This document shows positions 7,248 to 17,648 of a stretch of DNA of 64,000 nucleotides, piece by piece (the first letter of the stretch is position 1; each line of letters begins with the position of its first letter). Source of the stretch: Phormidesmis sp. (GTDB taxonomy: Bacteria; Cyanobacteriota; Cyanobacteriia; Leptolyngbyales; Leptolyngbyaceae). The position numbers and the translations under genes are program-made. The notes beneath the pieces were generated by a model that had not been told where the DNA came from, ran no database searches, and saw nothing but the letters and a program-made list of their open reading frames with translations. The stretch spans positions 352,001 through 416,000 of the forward strand of contig CBDFJR010000005.1 of assembly GCA_965248535.1 (NCBI GenBank), read 5' to 3'.

Positions 7248-9557
7248 CTAGCGTTTCTTCCCAAATTTCGATTTTAAGTCGTCTAGCGTTGGCGATTTTG
7301 ATTCAGACGTGGGTTGCTTAGGTTGAGTCTCACGTTTAGGAATCGATTGAGTTTCCTGTTTGCGAATCGGTTGAGATTCCTGTTTACGAATCGGTTGACT
7401 CTCTGAGCGATCGCCCGACTTCATCGATAGACTAATTCGTTTCAAGCCCTGATTGACTTCTAATACTCGAACCATTACAACCTGTCCAACTTTGACGATC
7501 TGCTGCGGGTCACTGACAAAGCGATCGGCGAGTTGTGACACATGGACTAAACCATCTTGATGCACTCCCACATCGACAAATGCGCCGAAGTTGGCGACGT
7601 TGGTGACTACGCCTTCTAGCTCCATTCCGACTTTGAGATCAGACATTTCTTTTACGCCTTCTTTAAAGGTGGCGTATTTGAACTCAGCGCGAGGGTCACG
7701 TCCGGGCTTTTCTAACTCTGCAATGATGTCGCGCAAGGTGGGTTCTCCGATCGTGTCACTCACATAGTTTTTGAGATTGGCTTTGAGGTGATCGGCAATT
7801 TGGCTCGTCTGCGTCAAGGGCAGCGCGAAATCTTTGGCGATCGCTTTCACCACACCATAGCTTTCGGGGTGAACGGCGGTATTGTCGAGAGGATTGTCAC
7901 CATCGCGAATCCGCAAAAATCCGGCGGCTTGCTCAAAGGTTTTCGGCCCCAGTTTGGCAACTTTGAGTAGGGCTTTGCGATCGCGAAAGATTCCGTTCTG
8001 ATTGCGATAGGTCACAATGTTATTAGCAATGGCAGGCGAAATGCCAGAGACAAAGGTTAGTAACTCTTTAGAAGCCATGTTGAGATCGACTCCGACATAG
8101 TTGACGCAACTCTCAACCGTCTCGTCTAGCTTCTTTTTGAGCAGTTTTTGATCGACATCATGCTGATATTGCCCCACCCCGATCGACTTGGGATCGATTT
8201 TGACCAATTCCGCGAGGGGATCTTGCAATCGTCGGCCAATGCTAATCGCGCCTCTGACGGTGATATCTAGGTCAGGAAACTCGGCGATCGCCACATCACT
8301 CGCCGAATAAATCGAGGCTCCCGACTCATTCACCATGACTTTAATCGGCTTTCGGTCTAGCGTTGCCAAAACTTCGGCGACGAATTCATCGGTTTCTCGT
8401 CCGGCGGTGCCGTTGCCGATCGCAATCAATTCAATCTTGTGTTGATCAAGCAGTTGTTTTAGCGTGGCGATCGCCTGCACTCGCTGATGTGATCCTGTGT
8501 GCGGAAAAATCGCCTGGTATTGCAAAAACTTTCCCGTTTGGTCGAGAACGGCGACTTTGCATCCCGTCCGAAATCCCGGATCGAGGGCTAGGGTTGGCTT
8601 CATTCCGGCGGGCGCAGACAGCAGCAACTCCCGCATATTTGACTCAAAGGTTTTGATCGATTCGATATCGGCTTCAGTCTTTTTCTCAGCCCGAACTTCT
8701 GTGATCAAAGACGTTTTCATCAATCGATTAAACGCATCTTTAAGCATCGATCGATAGAACACTCGCACCGATTTTATCTGACTGCGAATCTCGGATTCTA
8801 GATAATTTAGAACCGCATCTTCGTCAAAATCTAGATCAAAGTTCAGAATATTTTCGGTCTCACCCCGATAGAGTGCCAGTAGGTTATGAGGCGCGATCGC
8901 GCTGACTTTTGCCTGAAATTTGCGATACATCTCATACTTTGTGGAACCTTCGGCGTGGTCACTTTTAATGCTCGATCGGAACACGCCCGTCTCTAACAAA
9001 AACTCGCGCAGATAAGCCCGGAGTTCTGCCTTTTCTGAGACTTCTTCTGCCAGAATGTCGGCGGCCCCCTTGAGCGCTTCTTCAACCGTTTTAACGCCCT
9101 TCTCTTCAGACACAAACTTTGCGGCTTCGGCTTCTAACGATCGTGCTGCCCCATTGGGTTGATTGAGAGACTTGATGAACTGTGCTAACTCTCCTAAGCC
9201 TTTTTCTTTGGCGATCGTGGCCCGCGTCCGGCGTTTGGGTCTAAACGGCAGATAGAGATCTTCTAGCTCATTTTTTTGCAAACAAGATTCAATCTTCACC
9301 CTAAGCGGCTCAGTGAGCTTGTCTTGAGATGTGATCGAATCGAGAACCGTTTTTTTGCGCTCTTCTAACTCGGTTAAATAGGCGAAGCGATCGGACAAAT
9401 CGCGCAACTGCACCTCATCCATTTCGCCCGTGCGCTCTTTGCGATATCGCGCAATAAATGGCACAGTGGCTCCTTCTGCAAACAAATCCAGCGCACTTTT
9501 AACCTGAGCAGGATGCAGAGACAACTCTTCTGCCAGAAATTGGGAAATATTTAACAT
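7248..9557 (-). CDS. tex: Tex family RNA-binding transcriptional accessory protein
   Basis: ATVPFIARYRKERTG, DPGFRTGCK and IGVGQYQHDV motifs, C-terminal S1 domain. Confidence 0.97.
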   Translation of the reverse strand: MLNISQFLAEELSLHPAQVKSALDLFAEGATVPFIARYRKERTGEMDEVQLRDLSDRFAYLTELEERKKTVLDSITSQDKLTEPLRVKIESCLQKNELEDLYLPFRPKRRTRATIAKEKGLGELAQFIKSLNQPNGAARSLEAEAAKFVSEEKGVKTVEEALKGAADILAEEVSEKAELRAYLREFLLETGVFRSSIKSDHAEGSTKYEMYRKFQAKVSAIAPHNLLALYRGETENILNFDLDFDEDAVLNYLESEIRSQIKSVRVFYRSMLKDAFNRLMKTSLITEVRAEKKTEADIESIKTFESNMRELLLSAPAGMKPTLALDPGFRTGCKVAVLDQTGKFLQYQAIFPHTGSHQRVQAIATLKQLLDQHKIELIAIGNGTAGRETDEFVAEVLATLDRKPIKVMVNESGASIYSASDVAIAEFPDLDITVRGAISIGRRLQDPLAELVKIDPKSIGVGQYQHDVDQKLLKKKLDETVESCVNYVGVDLNMASKELLTFVSGISPAIANNIVTYRNQNGIFRDRKALLKVAKLGPKTFEQAAGFLRIRDGDNPLDNTAVHPESYGVVKAIAKDFALPLTQTSQIADHLKANLKNYVSDTIGEPTLRDIIAELEKPGRDPRAEFKYATFKEGVKEMSDLKVGMELEGVVTNVANFGAFVDVGVHQDGLVHVSQLADRFVSDPQQIVKVGQVVMVRVLEVNQGLKRISLSMKSGDRSESQPIRKQESQPIRKQETQSIPKRETQPKQPTSESKSPTLDDLKSKFGKKR
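7321..7403 (-). repeat. 24 bp coding tandem repeat in the Tex tail
   Basis: ESQPIRKQ ESQPIRKQ ETQSIPKR ETQP. Confidence 0.75.
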
Positions 9558-9593
9558 GGGTCAATGTGAAGTGCAGTCGATCGGGTAAGCCAG

Positions 9594-10295
9594 TTAGTAC
9601 AAAGCCGGAATGGGTTGCTCTGAGGCCGCAGGCTGAGAGGTTTTTGGGGCCTGAGTCTGGGGTGAAGGCTGAGTCGAGGGCTGGGTTTGAGTAGAAGGCT
9701 GAGTGGTCGAAGGAATAATCGGAGTGGGAACCGCCGAAGGAGTGGTAGGAATAGGAATCTCTCTGCCGATCGGAATAAAAGTCGGCAGCAGATCACGAGG
9801 ACGATCGCTGGCATCAAGACAAGACGCGATCGCTTGTTTGCCGCCCACCTTAAGCTGGCTATTTAGCCCCACCACACAATCTGAAAACGTTTGAGGCAAC
9901 AGACTTCGACGACAGCTATCGAGCACATCGACGATCGCCGTATCGGTCACGCCGCGACGAATGCCCACCACGCAGCTTGCTGCATCAACCGGCCGCCGCA
10001 CTTGACGACAGATCGACAAGGCATCGGCTGCCGCCACTTTTTCATCAACGATGCGATTGACGCAGGTGCCCAAATCATCGGGTTTGAGGGCTTGACCACA
10101 CGCGTTAGCCGCCTCTGCTGCGGAAACTTTAGCACGGGTCAAATCAGCCGCGCAGGATTGATAGGGGTCGATCGCTCTCCCAAAAAGAGCCTTTGCCGGG
10201 GCCGCAGGTAGGGCGATCGCAATCAAACTTGCGGTCACGATCTGCGCGACGGGAAGCCGAAGCCCTTTGAGACTCATCAAATTTTGAATGTTCAT
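9594..10295 (-). CDS. Conserved cyanobacterial secreted Cys-repeat hypothetical protein
   Basis: Signal peptide, repeated C-x(3-4)-R/L-x-P...CV units, Pro/Thr-rich tail. Confidence 0.75.
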   Translation of the reverse strand: MNIQNLMSLKGLRLPVAQIVTASLIAIALPAAPAKALFGRAIDPYQSCAADLTRAKVSAAEAANACGQALKPDDLGTCVNRIVDEKVAAADALSICRQVRRPVDAASCVVGIRRGVTDTAIVDVLDSCRRSLLPQTFSDCVVGLNSQLKVGGKQAIASCLDASDRPRDLLPTFIPIGREIPIPTTPSAVPTPIIPSTTQPSTQTQPSTQPSPQTQAPKTSQPAASEQPIPALY

Positions 10296-10444
10296 TATGG
10301 TCACACCAGCTAGAGAAGAGATAAAAGCGCCAAGTCGATCGTAGGGCACCCAGAGAAAATTGTGGCACGGAACTGGCAAGAAGCGATCACGATCGGGGTT
10401 CTTTTCCGAACCGACTTGCAGAATCGCTGTCTAAACTCAACCCA

Positions 10445-10480
10445 AAAAGCCCCCAATCCTAAATGAGAATTGGAGGCTTA
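10445..10480 (-). terminator. Intrinsic terminator after the GlsB/YeaQ gene
   Basis: AAGCCCCCAAT...ATTGGAGGCTT stem with a T-run on the minus strand. Confidence 0.6.
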
Positions 10481-10499
10481 ACTTAAGAGCTAAAACAGG

Positions 10500-10769
10500 T
10501 TAGTAAGCGCGGCGGCTGAACTGGTAGTACAAGAACAGCGCAATGATTGCACCAATGACAGCAACAATGATGCCAGGAATGCTTAAGGATGCAGACGTGA
10601 ACGCTAAGGTGCCTGTGTTGATCAAAGTAAAGATTGTGCCGCCAATAAAAGCGCCGACAATACCTAAGACCATTGTGCCCAAGATGCTGCCACCCTGCTG
10701 ACCGGGATAAATCGCTTTAGCGATCGCACCTGCAACAATTCCTAAAACGATCCACGCAATAATATTCAT
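10500..10769 (-). CDS. GlsB/YeaQ/YmgE family stress membrane protein
   Basis: MNIIAWIVLGIVAGAIAKAIYPG motif. Confidence 0.92.
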   Translation of the reverse strand: MNIIAWIVLGIVAGAIAKAIYPGQQGGSILGTMVLGIVGAFIGGTIFTLINTGTLAFTSASLSIPGIIVAVIGAIIALFLYYQFSRRAY

Positions 10770-11183
10770 TGGCTTAACTCCTGTATGGTTTGTATGGTTT
10801 CAGTCTGGGTTATTTTCGCGATCTTGGGCTTCGCGATTTTTAAACTAGCTGGGTCAGAAATCGAAGGCTACTGAACTGAAATAGTTTGAAAGCTTTTGTG
10901 AAACTGCTTTCTCAAATTCAGACCAACTGCTCAGATCAACGATGTAGATGACTAATCACCAAGCTTTGCAGTGGCTCTTGTATCCAAATTACTCTCTAGA
11001 CGGCGGGCGACCATGTATCTATGGAAATAACGCTTCCTCTAGCCAAGGGCTGATTCTCGCAAAATGATGCCATCCCTAACGAAACGCCATCGGTTATGGT
11101 TTGCGATCGCAGTGCCAAAGCCCCTGACTCAATTGCCTGAGATGCAGGGAAATCTAATGCTAGACCCTCAAGGTAACTGCAAA

Positions 11184-12293
11184 ATGACTGAACCGGAGAA
11201 TGAATCAGAGTTAATAAAGCAAGCCAACCGAGGCGAGATCAGGGCAATTTTAGCGTTGCTCAAGCAGGCTTTTGCCGATCGAGAAATCACCGTGAAAGTG
11301 AGTCTGCAATCAAACTGTCTGCGAATCTTATTAGAATCTGATCGGGTGCCTGATGCTAAAGCTGCGATCGCGCTGATTCACGAAAAATTGCAGCATCTTA
11401 GAAGCGATCGCATTCAGTCAGTTCAGGTTTTTGGGCGAGTGACCGAAGTCAATCAAACTAGCTGGGCTGAGACCTTAAACTTAGCTCCAACGTCAACTGT
11501 AGCGGTTGATCTCGCTCAGACTCAGGCTGTCAAGCCGTCTCCCCGATCGCTAACTCAACCCATTGACTCAAAGGGACTGGGTGCATTGCTAACGGGATTC
11601 ATTCTTGCTATTTTCCTTACAATCATCAGTCCGTTGAGAGTTCTATTCTACGGCTTTCTTATTCTGGTTCATGAAGTTGGGCACGCAGTGACTCATTGGC
11701 TGTTTGGTCGCCCTGCCATCCCGACGGTTAACCTAGCTTATGGAGGCGGTGTCACCTTAACTTTCGATCAGTCTAAAATTGTTCTCTGTTTGATCTATCT
11801 TGCGATCGCGTTTCTGGTTTACTATTGTCGTCACTATCGATTTATTCTAGTGTTGTTAGGAATTTTCACTAGCGTTTATAGCTTTTGTCTAGCCAATTCC
11901 ACTAATTTAATGCTTTCGACGTTTATGGGTCACGGCATGGAGTTAGTTGCGATCGCGACCTGTCTATATTTATCAATGAGCGGATACTTTTGTCGGTTTT
12001 CGGGCGATCGCTCAATTTATAGTATGTTGGGATTTTTTACCCTATTCGCCGATGTTGATTTTTCCTGGAAATTAACTCATGATCTCGACTATCGAGAAAT
12101 GTATGAAGGAGGCATCGGTGGCGTGATCGATAACGATTTTGTGATTTTAGCGCGAGATTACTTTAACGTTAATCTATCCGTCGTAGCAAACGATTTTTTG
12201 ATCGGCTGCCTAGTGATTCCTCTCGTGATATTTCTAGTGTTTCGCTATGAGTTTTGGCTGCGTAAGCGGCTCGATTACCTTCTGCGATATTAA
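11184..12293 (+). CDS. Membrane protein with M50-like metallopeptidase motif
   Basis: HEVGH in a TM segment, several TMs, distal DND; soluble N-terminal domain. Start uncertain (11064 possible). Confidence 0.7.
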   Translation: MTEPENESELIKQANRGEIRAILALLKQAFADREITVKVSLQSNCLRILLESDRVPDAKAAIALIHEKLQHLRSDRIQSVQVFGRVTEVNQTSWAETLNLAPTSTVAVDLAQTQAVKPSPRSLTQPIDSKGLGALLTGFILAIFLTIISPLRVLFYGFLILVHEVGHAVTHWLFGRPAIPTVNLAYGGGVTLTFDQSKIVLCLIYLAIAFLVYYCRHYRFILVLLGIFTSVYSFCLANSTNLMLSTFMGHGMELVAIATCLYLSMSGYFCRFSGDRSIYSMLGFFTLFADVDFSWKLTHDLDYREMYEGGIGGVIDNDFVILARDYFNVNLSVVANDFLIGCLVIPLVIFLVFRYEFWLRKRLDYLLRY

Positions 12294-12300
12294 ATAGCCG

Positions 12301-13446
12301 TCAGTCTTGCCACAAGCGCCGTCCTGGTTTGCCGTTTAATCGTTGGTGAGCATCGTTTAACAATTTAGGAATCTCTAGATTTTCTGGGCAGCGCGGCAGA
12401 CAGTCACCGCAATCATTACAGCGATTGGCTTTATTACCCGGAAACCAGTGCCCTGCATTCTCAAACATCCGATAGCGATATTCTCCAAAGCGAGTCATGT
12501 CATAAGCGATCGCCAAGTTTCGCAATCGCAGTACCTCTGGGATATGAATCCCTTGGGGGCAAGGCAAACAGGCATAACATTGGCTGCACAAATCAGTTTT
12601 AAGGGTCTGGGCTTGGTGAGTTTGCAGACGAGCGATCGCGGCTCTCCAGCCCGTGTTTGTAGCGTCTAAATCAAACTCTAGAAGCCCCTTGTCAGTCCCC
12701 ATCCAGGGCAGATCGAGTTCGGTGGAGTTGGCGGCTCCGACGCTCAGAGTCGTGATCGCCGGGCTGTCGAGCAGAAATCGATAATTTAGCTCCAAGGGCG
12801 AAAAAGGTGCACAGAGATCGATCAGCGTTTGAGGAGGCGTATGGAGCAGCCCAGCTTTATCGGCAGGCGAGATAATAAACACGCCCATGTCTTTTTGTTG
12901 GGCCAGCGCGATCGCTGCCTGATTGCGCTGAAAAAACAAGGAGTAGTGCAGATTAACAAACTCAAACAGATCGGTGGCGATCGCCGCTAAAATCACCTCT
13001 AAAAACCCGTGGGTCGAAAACCCCACATGGCGCACCCTTCCATCCGCAACTGCCTGCCGCACTGCCTGCATACATCCGTTTTCAGCCGTTACCAAGGTCA
13101 GATGCTCCCAGGTGTTTAAGCCGTGGATGGCCAGCGTGTCTAAATAATCGACCTTTAATCGCTGCAATGACTCCTCAATGGCTCGTTCCATCGTTGCTGC
13201 ATCAGGAGTGGGCGCAATTTTTGTCGTGATATAAAGCTGCGATCGCGGCAGCCCATTTTGCAGCGCCGCACCTAAAAATCGCTCACTTTCGCCATAGCCT
13301 CTCGCCGTCTCTAGGTGATTGATGCCTAGGGCGATCGCCCGTCTGATCGTCTGTTCTGCCACGTCTTGAGAAGTCAGGCAGCGCATTAACCCCAGAGAAA
13401 AGATCGACAGAGACAGATTAGTTTGACCAAAACGACGATAGTTCAC
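12301..13446 (-). CDS. Aldo/keto reductase with C-terminal 4Fe-4S dicluster
   Basis: GINHLETARGYG, HVGFSTHG, CSQCYACLPCP and CNDCGDCLPRCP motifs. Confidence 0.93.
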   Translation of the reverse strand: MNYRRFGQTNLSLSIFSLGLMRCLTSQDVAEQTIRRAIALGINHLETARGYGESERFLGAALQNGLPRSQLYITTKIAPTPDAATMERAIEESLQRLKVDYLDTLAIHGLNTWEHLTLVTAENGCMQAVRQAVADGRVRHVGFSTHGFLEVILAAIATDLFEFVNLHYSLFFQRNQAAIALAQQKDMGVFIISPADKAGLLHTPPQTLIDLCAPFSPLELNYRFLLDSPAITTLSVGAANSTELDLPWMGTDKGLLEFDLDATNTGWRAAIARLQTHQAQTLKTDLCSQCYACLPCPQGIHIPEVLRLRNLAIAYDMTRFGEYRYRMFENAGHWFPGNKANRCNDCGDCLPRCPENLEIPKLLNDAHQRLNGKPGRRLWQD

Positions 13447-13454
13447 TAACGGTT

Positions 13455-13961
13455 TTATTGCGCCTCACCGCTGCTAAAGCGCCCGCGCTGGCTAAAATCT
13501 TCGGGGCTGAGTTGGTCAAGAAACTCACGAAACGCTTTGCGCTCGGCTTCATCGGCATCGCGATCGACGGGAATAGACGCATCGGCAATCACTTCTTCCA
13601 TCACCCAGATCGGGCTATTGGTGCGAATGGCGATCGCGATCGCATCGCTGGGTCGCGCATCAATTTCTCGTTTTGCTTCGCCCTGGTTCACAATCAGCAC
13701 AGCATAGAACGTATTATCTTGTAGAGAGTGAATCACGACGCGATCCAGAGTCATCTCCCACGATTCCATCAAATTGACAAACAGATCATGAGTGAGGGGG
13801 CGCGGAGGAGTCTGGTTTTCTAGAGCGCTGATGATCGCCTTTGCCTGATCTTGCCCAATATAGATCGGCAATGCTCGGCGGTCAGTGCCATCTTTGAGGA
13901 GCACGATCGGGCTGCGGGTTGCCGCGTCCAACGCAATTCCAGCGACCTTCATTTCAATCAT
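13455..13961 (-). CDS. Bifunctional nuclease family protein (DUF151)
   Basis: LPIYIG, RPLTHDL and DARPSDAIAIA motifs. Confidence 0.93.
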   Translation of the reverse strand: MIEMKVAGIALDAATRSPIVLLKDGTDRRALPIYIGQDQAKAIISALENQTPPRPLTHDLFVNLMESWEMTLDRVVIHSLQDNTFYAVLIVNQGEAKREIDARPSDAIAIAIRTNSPIWVMEEVIADASIPVDRDADEAERKAFREFLDQLSPEDFSQRGRFSSGEAQ

Positions 13962-14285
13962 CGGTATAGCCTCTAGAACACTTGCAGCAAAAGAAACGTT
14001 AGATTCGTGAATAATGACAGAATCACCCGACTACTTAGCACACCTCATTTGGGGATCAAACAGGGATGCAGTCATCAGTATGCCCTGATTTACCCCCTGA
14101 TCCTAAATGATCCGCTTTAGAATTTGACAAAATAAAGAAGACTTCTCAGTTTTATCAAGTTTCTCAAAACGATTATTTGCTGACAAATTCAGCAAGCTCT
14201 CACAGATCGACTTCAGCCCACCGCCGCCAAAACTCTATCGCAGATTACGGCGAAAATCCCCATCCTTTACACCCCTTTAAGACTC

Positions 14286-14963
14286 GTGTTTACAGGACTG
14301 ATTCAAACCGTGGGCACCCTGCAAGCTTTAGGATCTGAGCGTCTTCAGATCCATTGCTCAACTTCTACAGCCGCCTTAATTTTAAAGGACTTAGCGATCG
14401 GCGATAGTGTTGCCGTCGATGGAGTCTGCCTCACGGTGACTGAGATTTTGACACCGGGGTTTGTGGCGGTTGTCTCTCCTGAAACCACAGGGCGCACCAC
14501 GCTGTCTCAGTCTACGGGCAACTCGCAGGTCAATCTAGAAACCTCTCTGCGGGTTGGCAGCAAGTTGGGCGGTCACTTTGTCACAGGTCATATAGATGGA
14601 ATAGGAACTCTCAAATCGGCTGTGCAAACCGCTAGCTCTTGGGAGATGACGTTTACGACGACCAGCGATCGGGTGTCCCGCTACATTCTCCCTAAGGGCA
14701 GCGTGGCAGTTAACGGCATTAGCTTGACGGTGGCAAACTGTGATCCCGATGGGTCGTGGTTCACGGTGGCGGTGATCCCTCACACCTATGCAGAAACCAA
14801 TCTCTGTCTCCTCAGCCCCGGCAGTTGGGTGAATTTAGAGGGCGATATTTTGGGTAAGTATGTGGAGAAGTTTCTACGATCGGGTTCCGCCAATCATGAG
14901 ATGGCGATCGGGTCTCCTGCTGACCTCAGTTCCGACTTTTTAGCAGAACACGGCTATCTGTAA
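14286..14963 (+). CDS. ribE: Riboflavin synthase alpha chain
   Basis: MFTGL start, GDSVAVDGVCLTV, GGHFVTGHIDG. Confidence 0.96.
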   Translation: MFTGLIQTVGTLQALGSERLQIHCSTSTAALILKDLAIGDSVAVDGVCLTVTEILTPGFVAVVSPETTGRTTLSQSTGNSQVNLETSLRVGSKLGGHFVTGHIDGIGTLKSAVQTASSWEMTFTTTSDRVSRYILPKGSVAVNGISLTVANCDPDGSWFTVAVIPHTYAETNLCLLSPGSWVNLEGDILGKYVEKFLRSGSANHEMAIGSPADLSSDFLAEHGYL

Positions 14964-15104
14964 ATTCATCAAAAATGTTGCATTGCAAGGTTCTACAGCG
15001 AAAAAGTTGAGTAGAGCCTTTTTTCATGGTTTTCATGGTTTAAAGCTTGCAAAAAAGACCAAACTATGGAAATGGAAAAATAAAGTTAAAGTACCACGAC
15101 TTTC

Positions 15105-15268
15105 CAGGTTAGCAGCAATGCCCGAAACCCGGCACAAAATGATTCTGCTGTCACAGCGTCTCATAAATGCTCTGCATCACCACCAGTCTGTCAGTCCCCA
15201 GTCTTTATCTAGGCGCGATCGGCTACGGTTAGCAATCCCGTGTCTACACTGACAACTTGAATATTGGA
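15105..15268 (-). pseudogene. Degraded PIN/VapC toxin, C-terminal remnant
   Basis: Minus-strand fragments SNIQVVSVDTGLL / RSRLDKDWGLTD / VVMQ / HF / AGFRALLL in shifting frames. Confidence 0.65.
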
Positions 15269-15270
15269 AG

Positions 15271-15546
15271 TCACGTAGCATTGCTCAATAAACTGTGTTT
15301 GGGTGTGCCGTAGAGATAGTGATCATGCTCGATCGCCCAATCTTCCGGCATATCTTTCACGGTTCCTACATAATTCTTGAGAACATCCCAAGCATTACCT
15401 CTTTCATTTGAGGATTCGGTTTGAGACAGCGGCACTTCGTCAATCACAAGGACAATTTTGTGATCACCTGCGGGAATGTCAGCAGGTAGCTGGAGCGTCA
15501 GCTTTCCGTCTGGAGCGACATGAGCGATCGTTTCGATAGTTTTCAT
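15271..15546 (-). CDS. Putative antitoxin
   Basis: MKTIET..V..DGKLTLQLP N-terminus and PEDWAIEHDHYLYGTPK C-terminus; sits upstream of the PIN remnant. Confidence 0.7.
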   Translation of the reverse strand: MKTIETIAHVAPDGKLTLQLPADIPAGDHKIVLVIDEVPLSQTESSNERGNAWDVLKNYVGTVKDMPEDWAIEHDHYLYGTPKHSLLSNAT

Positions 15547-15594
15547 CTCAGGGTAGAAAGTTATTCGGTGAATGTTACGATCGCCAATTCTTTT

Positions 15595-16695
15595 CTAAGA
15601 TTTGCTGTTGCTCAGTTGGGCCGGAGCTTTCTGGGCGGTCTGCAAAGACTTGACTAACTGAGCCATTGCGTCTTCTAACTGCACGCCGGGATCTTGAGCC
15701 ACCCAGCCTTCGGTCGTCAGTTGTCTAAACTCAAAGTGCAGGTGAGGCCCGGTAGAGTTGCCCGTGCTGCCGACTCGCCCGATCGCTGTGCCTTGTTTGA
15801 CGATTTCACCCGGTTTGACAAAGATTTCTGAGAGGTGTCCATACAGGGTTTGCTGCCTGCCGTTGTCGTGTTCAAGCGCGATCGCTAATCCATATCCACC
15901 AAAAAAGTCTGCTAACACCACTCGACCTGACAGCGCTGCTAAGACTGGAGTGCCCATCGGCGCGCCGAGATCGGTTCCAGAGTGAAAGCGGGCATCGCCT
16001 GTGATCGGGTGAATTCGCCAGCCAAAAACTGAGGTGATTGCCACCGGAATCGAGATCGGAAACATCAGCCGCAGATTGCCGTTGCCCGGCTGACCCAGAG
16101 GGCGAATCGTGCGGTTATAGTAATCTTTGACAAAGCTGTAGGCGGGCGCTGCGGCAGCCGTGGCCGTGGTTTCTGAGCTATTAGAGAACTCTCTAGTCGT
16201 AGAAGCCAAACTAATGGGCACAGACTCGACCTGATCCACGATCGCAGTGCCATCGCTTTGGACGGGGGCGCTAGCTGCAACTGGGCGCTGACTACCACAG
16301 GCCCCTCCCACGATCGCTTGTCCAGGGTTAAGGGTGATCTCACAGCCCGATGCCCGATTGGTAATCACGATCGTGCTAGGTGCCTCGTAGGAATCTGACG
16401 GCGATCGGGGCACAGCAGGCAAAGGCTGCACGTCAACCTGCACGCGTTCTGATGTCGCAGCAGATGGCAGAGCCAAGGCAGCCGCGCCGCGAGTGGCAGG
16501 GCTGAGTTTTTGAGGGGCGGGTTGAACCCTAGTTGAGGGAGTCGAGACAATAACTAGAGGCACGTTAGCAGGAGCTTGGGCGATCGCAGACCCACTGCCC
16601 AAAATGCCAACTCCACCCAGATAACTCAACCGCCTGATCAATAAACGTTGCCTCCAAAAAAGCTGCTGGCGGGTTGCGTTGGGTTGCTGAGTCAT
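15595..16695 (-). CDS. M23 family metallopeptidase
   Basis: HSGTDLGA, YGHL and STGPHLHFE motifs. Confidence 0.93.
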   Translation of the reverse strand: MTQQPNATRQQLFWRQRLLIRRLSYLGGVGILGSGSAIAQAPANVPLVIVSTPSTRVQPAPQKLSPATRGAAALALPSAATSERVQVDVQPLPAVPRSPSDSYEAPSTIVITNRASGCEITLNPGQAIVGGACGSQRPVAASAPVQSDGTAIVDQVESVPISLASTTREFSNSSETTATAAAAPAYSFVKDYYNRTIRPLGQPGNGNLRLMFPISIPVAITSVFGWRIHPITGDARFHSGTDLGAPMGTPVLAALSGRVVLADFFGGYGLAIALEHDNGRQQTLYGHLSEIFVKPGEIVKQGTAIGRVGSTGNSTGPHLHFEFRQLTTEGWVAQDPGVQLEDAMAQLVKSLQTAQKAPAQLSNSKS

Positions 16696-16843
16696 GATCA
16701 ATCTCCTCACAAATTGCTGGCTGCGCTGGCGTAGATGACTCTTGTCGAAAAGGCCCGTTGACAAGTTCCAGTCTACCCGACAGGATCGGGCTTTTCCAGC
16801 TAAAGTGAACGTGACTCTATTGACTACGCAGTCTCAATTATTC

Positions 16844-17614
16844 ATGCACACTTGGCACTGGCAAATCTGGAATCATCTCCCCTATTTAACGTGTAGCCTT
16901 CTAGAGCCTTGGCAACACGGCTTTTTTACGCAGCAGTTTGCGCCACGATCGCCCTTTGAGATCACGGAGTCGCTGTATCCATTAGCTCAGGCCTATCGAG
17001 TCAAACAAGTTCACGGCAACGTCGTGCTGGCACCGTCAGAGATGCCGAATCCATTGACGAACGAGAATTTGCTGGATGCCGATGGCGTGATTTCAGAGCG
17101 GGCCCATCAAGCGGTGTGGGTTTGCAGCGCCGACTGCACCCCCGTGCTGATTGCAGATGTCAAGACGGGTCAAGTGTCTGCTGTCCATGCTGGGTGGCGG
17201 GGAACGGCTCAAAAAATTGTGCCCACAGCGATCGCTCGTCTCGGTCAGCAAGGCAGTCAGATTCAAGATCTGCGAGTGGCAATGGGCCCGGCGATCGCCG
17301 GAGAAGTCTATCAGGTTTCGACTCAGGTGGCCGTTGAGGTGGGGGCAACCGTGACGGATCTCAAGAACTCTTTAGACGCGAATCTAGAGCAACTACTAGC
17401 ATTGCCTAATTCTCCGGTGCGGGCTGACTCGACACCAGGGCGGGCACGATTGGATGTGCGACGAGTCAACGCGATGCAGCTAGAGCGATTAGGACTGAGT
17501 GCAGAACAGATCGCGATCGCGCCTCACTGCACCTATCAAGACCCAGTAAATTTCTTTTCCTACCGACGTGAAAAATTGAAAAAAGCTCAATGGTCTGGCA
17601 TCGTGAGCGGTTGA
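16844..17614 (+). CDS. pgeF: Peptidoglycan editing factor PgeF (YfiH)
   Basis: QVHG, ADCTPVL, HAGWRG and FFSYRR motifs. Confidence 0.93.
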   Translation: MHTWHWQIWNHLPYLTCSLLEPWQHGFFTQQFAPRSPFEITESLYPLAQAYRVKQVHGNVVLAPSEMPNPLTNENLLDADGVISERAHQAVWVCSADCTPVLIADVKTGQVSAVHAGWRGTAQKIVPTAIARLGQQGSQIQDLRVAMGPAIAGEVYQVSTQVAVEVGATVTDLKNSLDANLEQLLALPNSPVRADSTPGRARLDVRRVNAMQLERLGLSAEQIAIAPHCTYQDPVNFFSYRREKLKKAQWSGIVSG

Positions 17615-17648
17615 GGACGGGTCAATTTTATCTGCTGGACTGAGCGTT

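Noticed and set aside
14983..15252. 89-aa + strand ORF
   Set aside because: It is the antisense shadow of the PIN toxin remnant.
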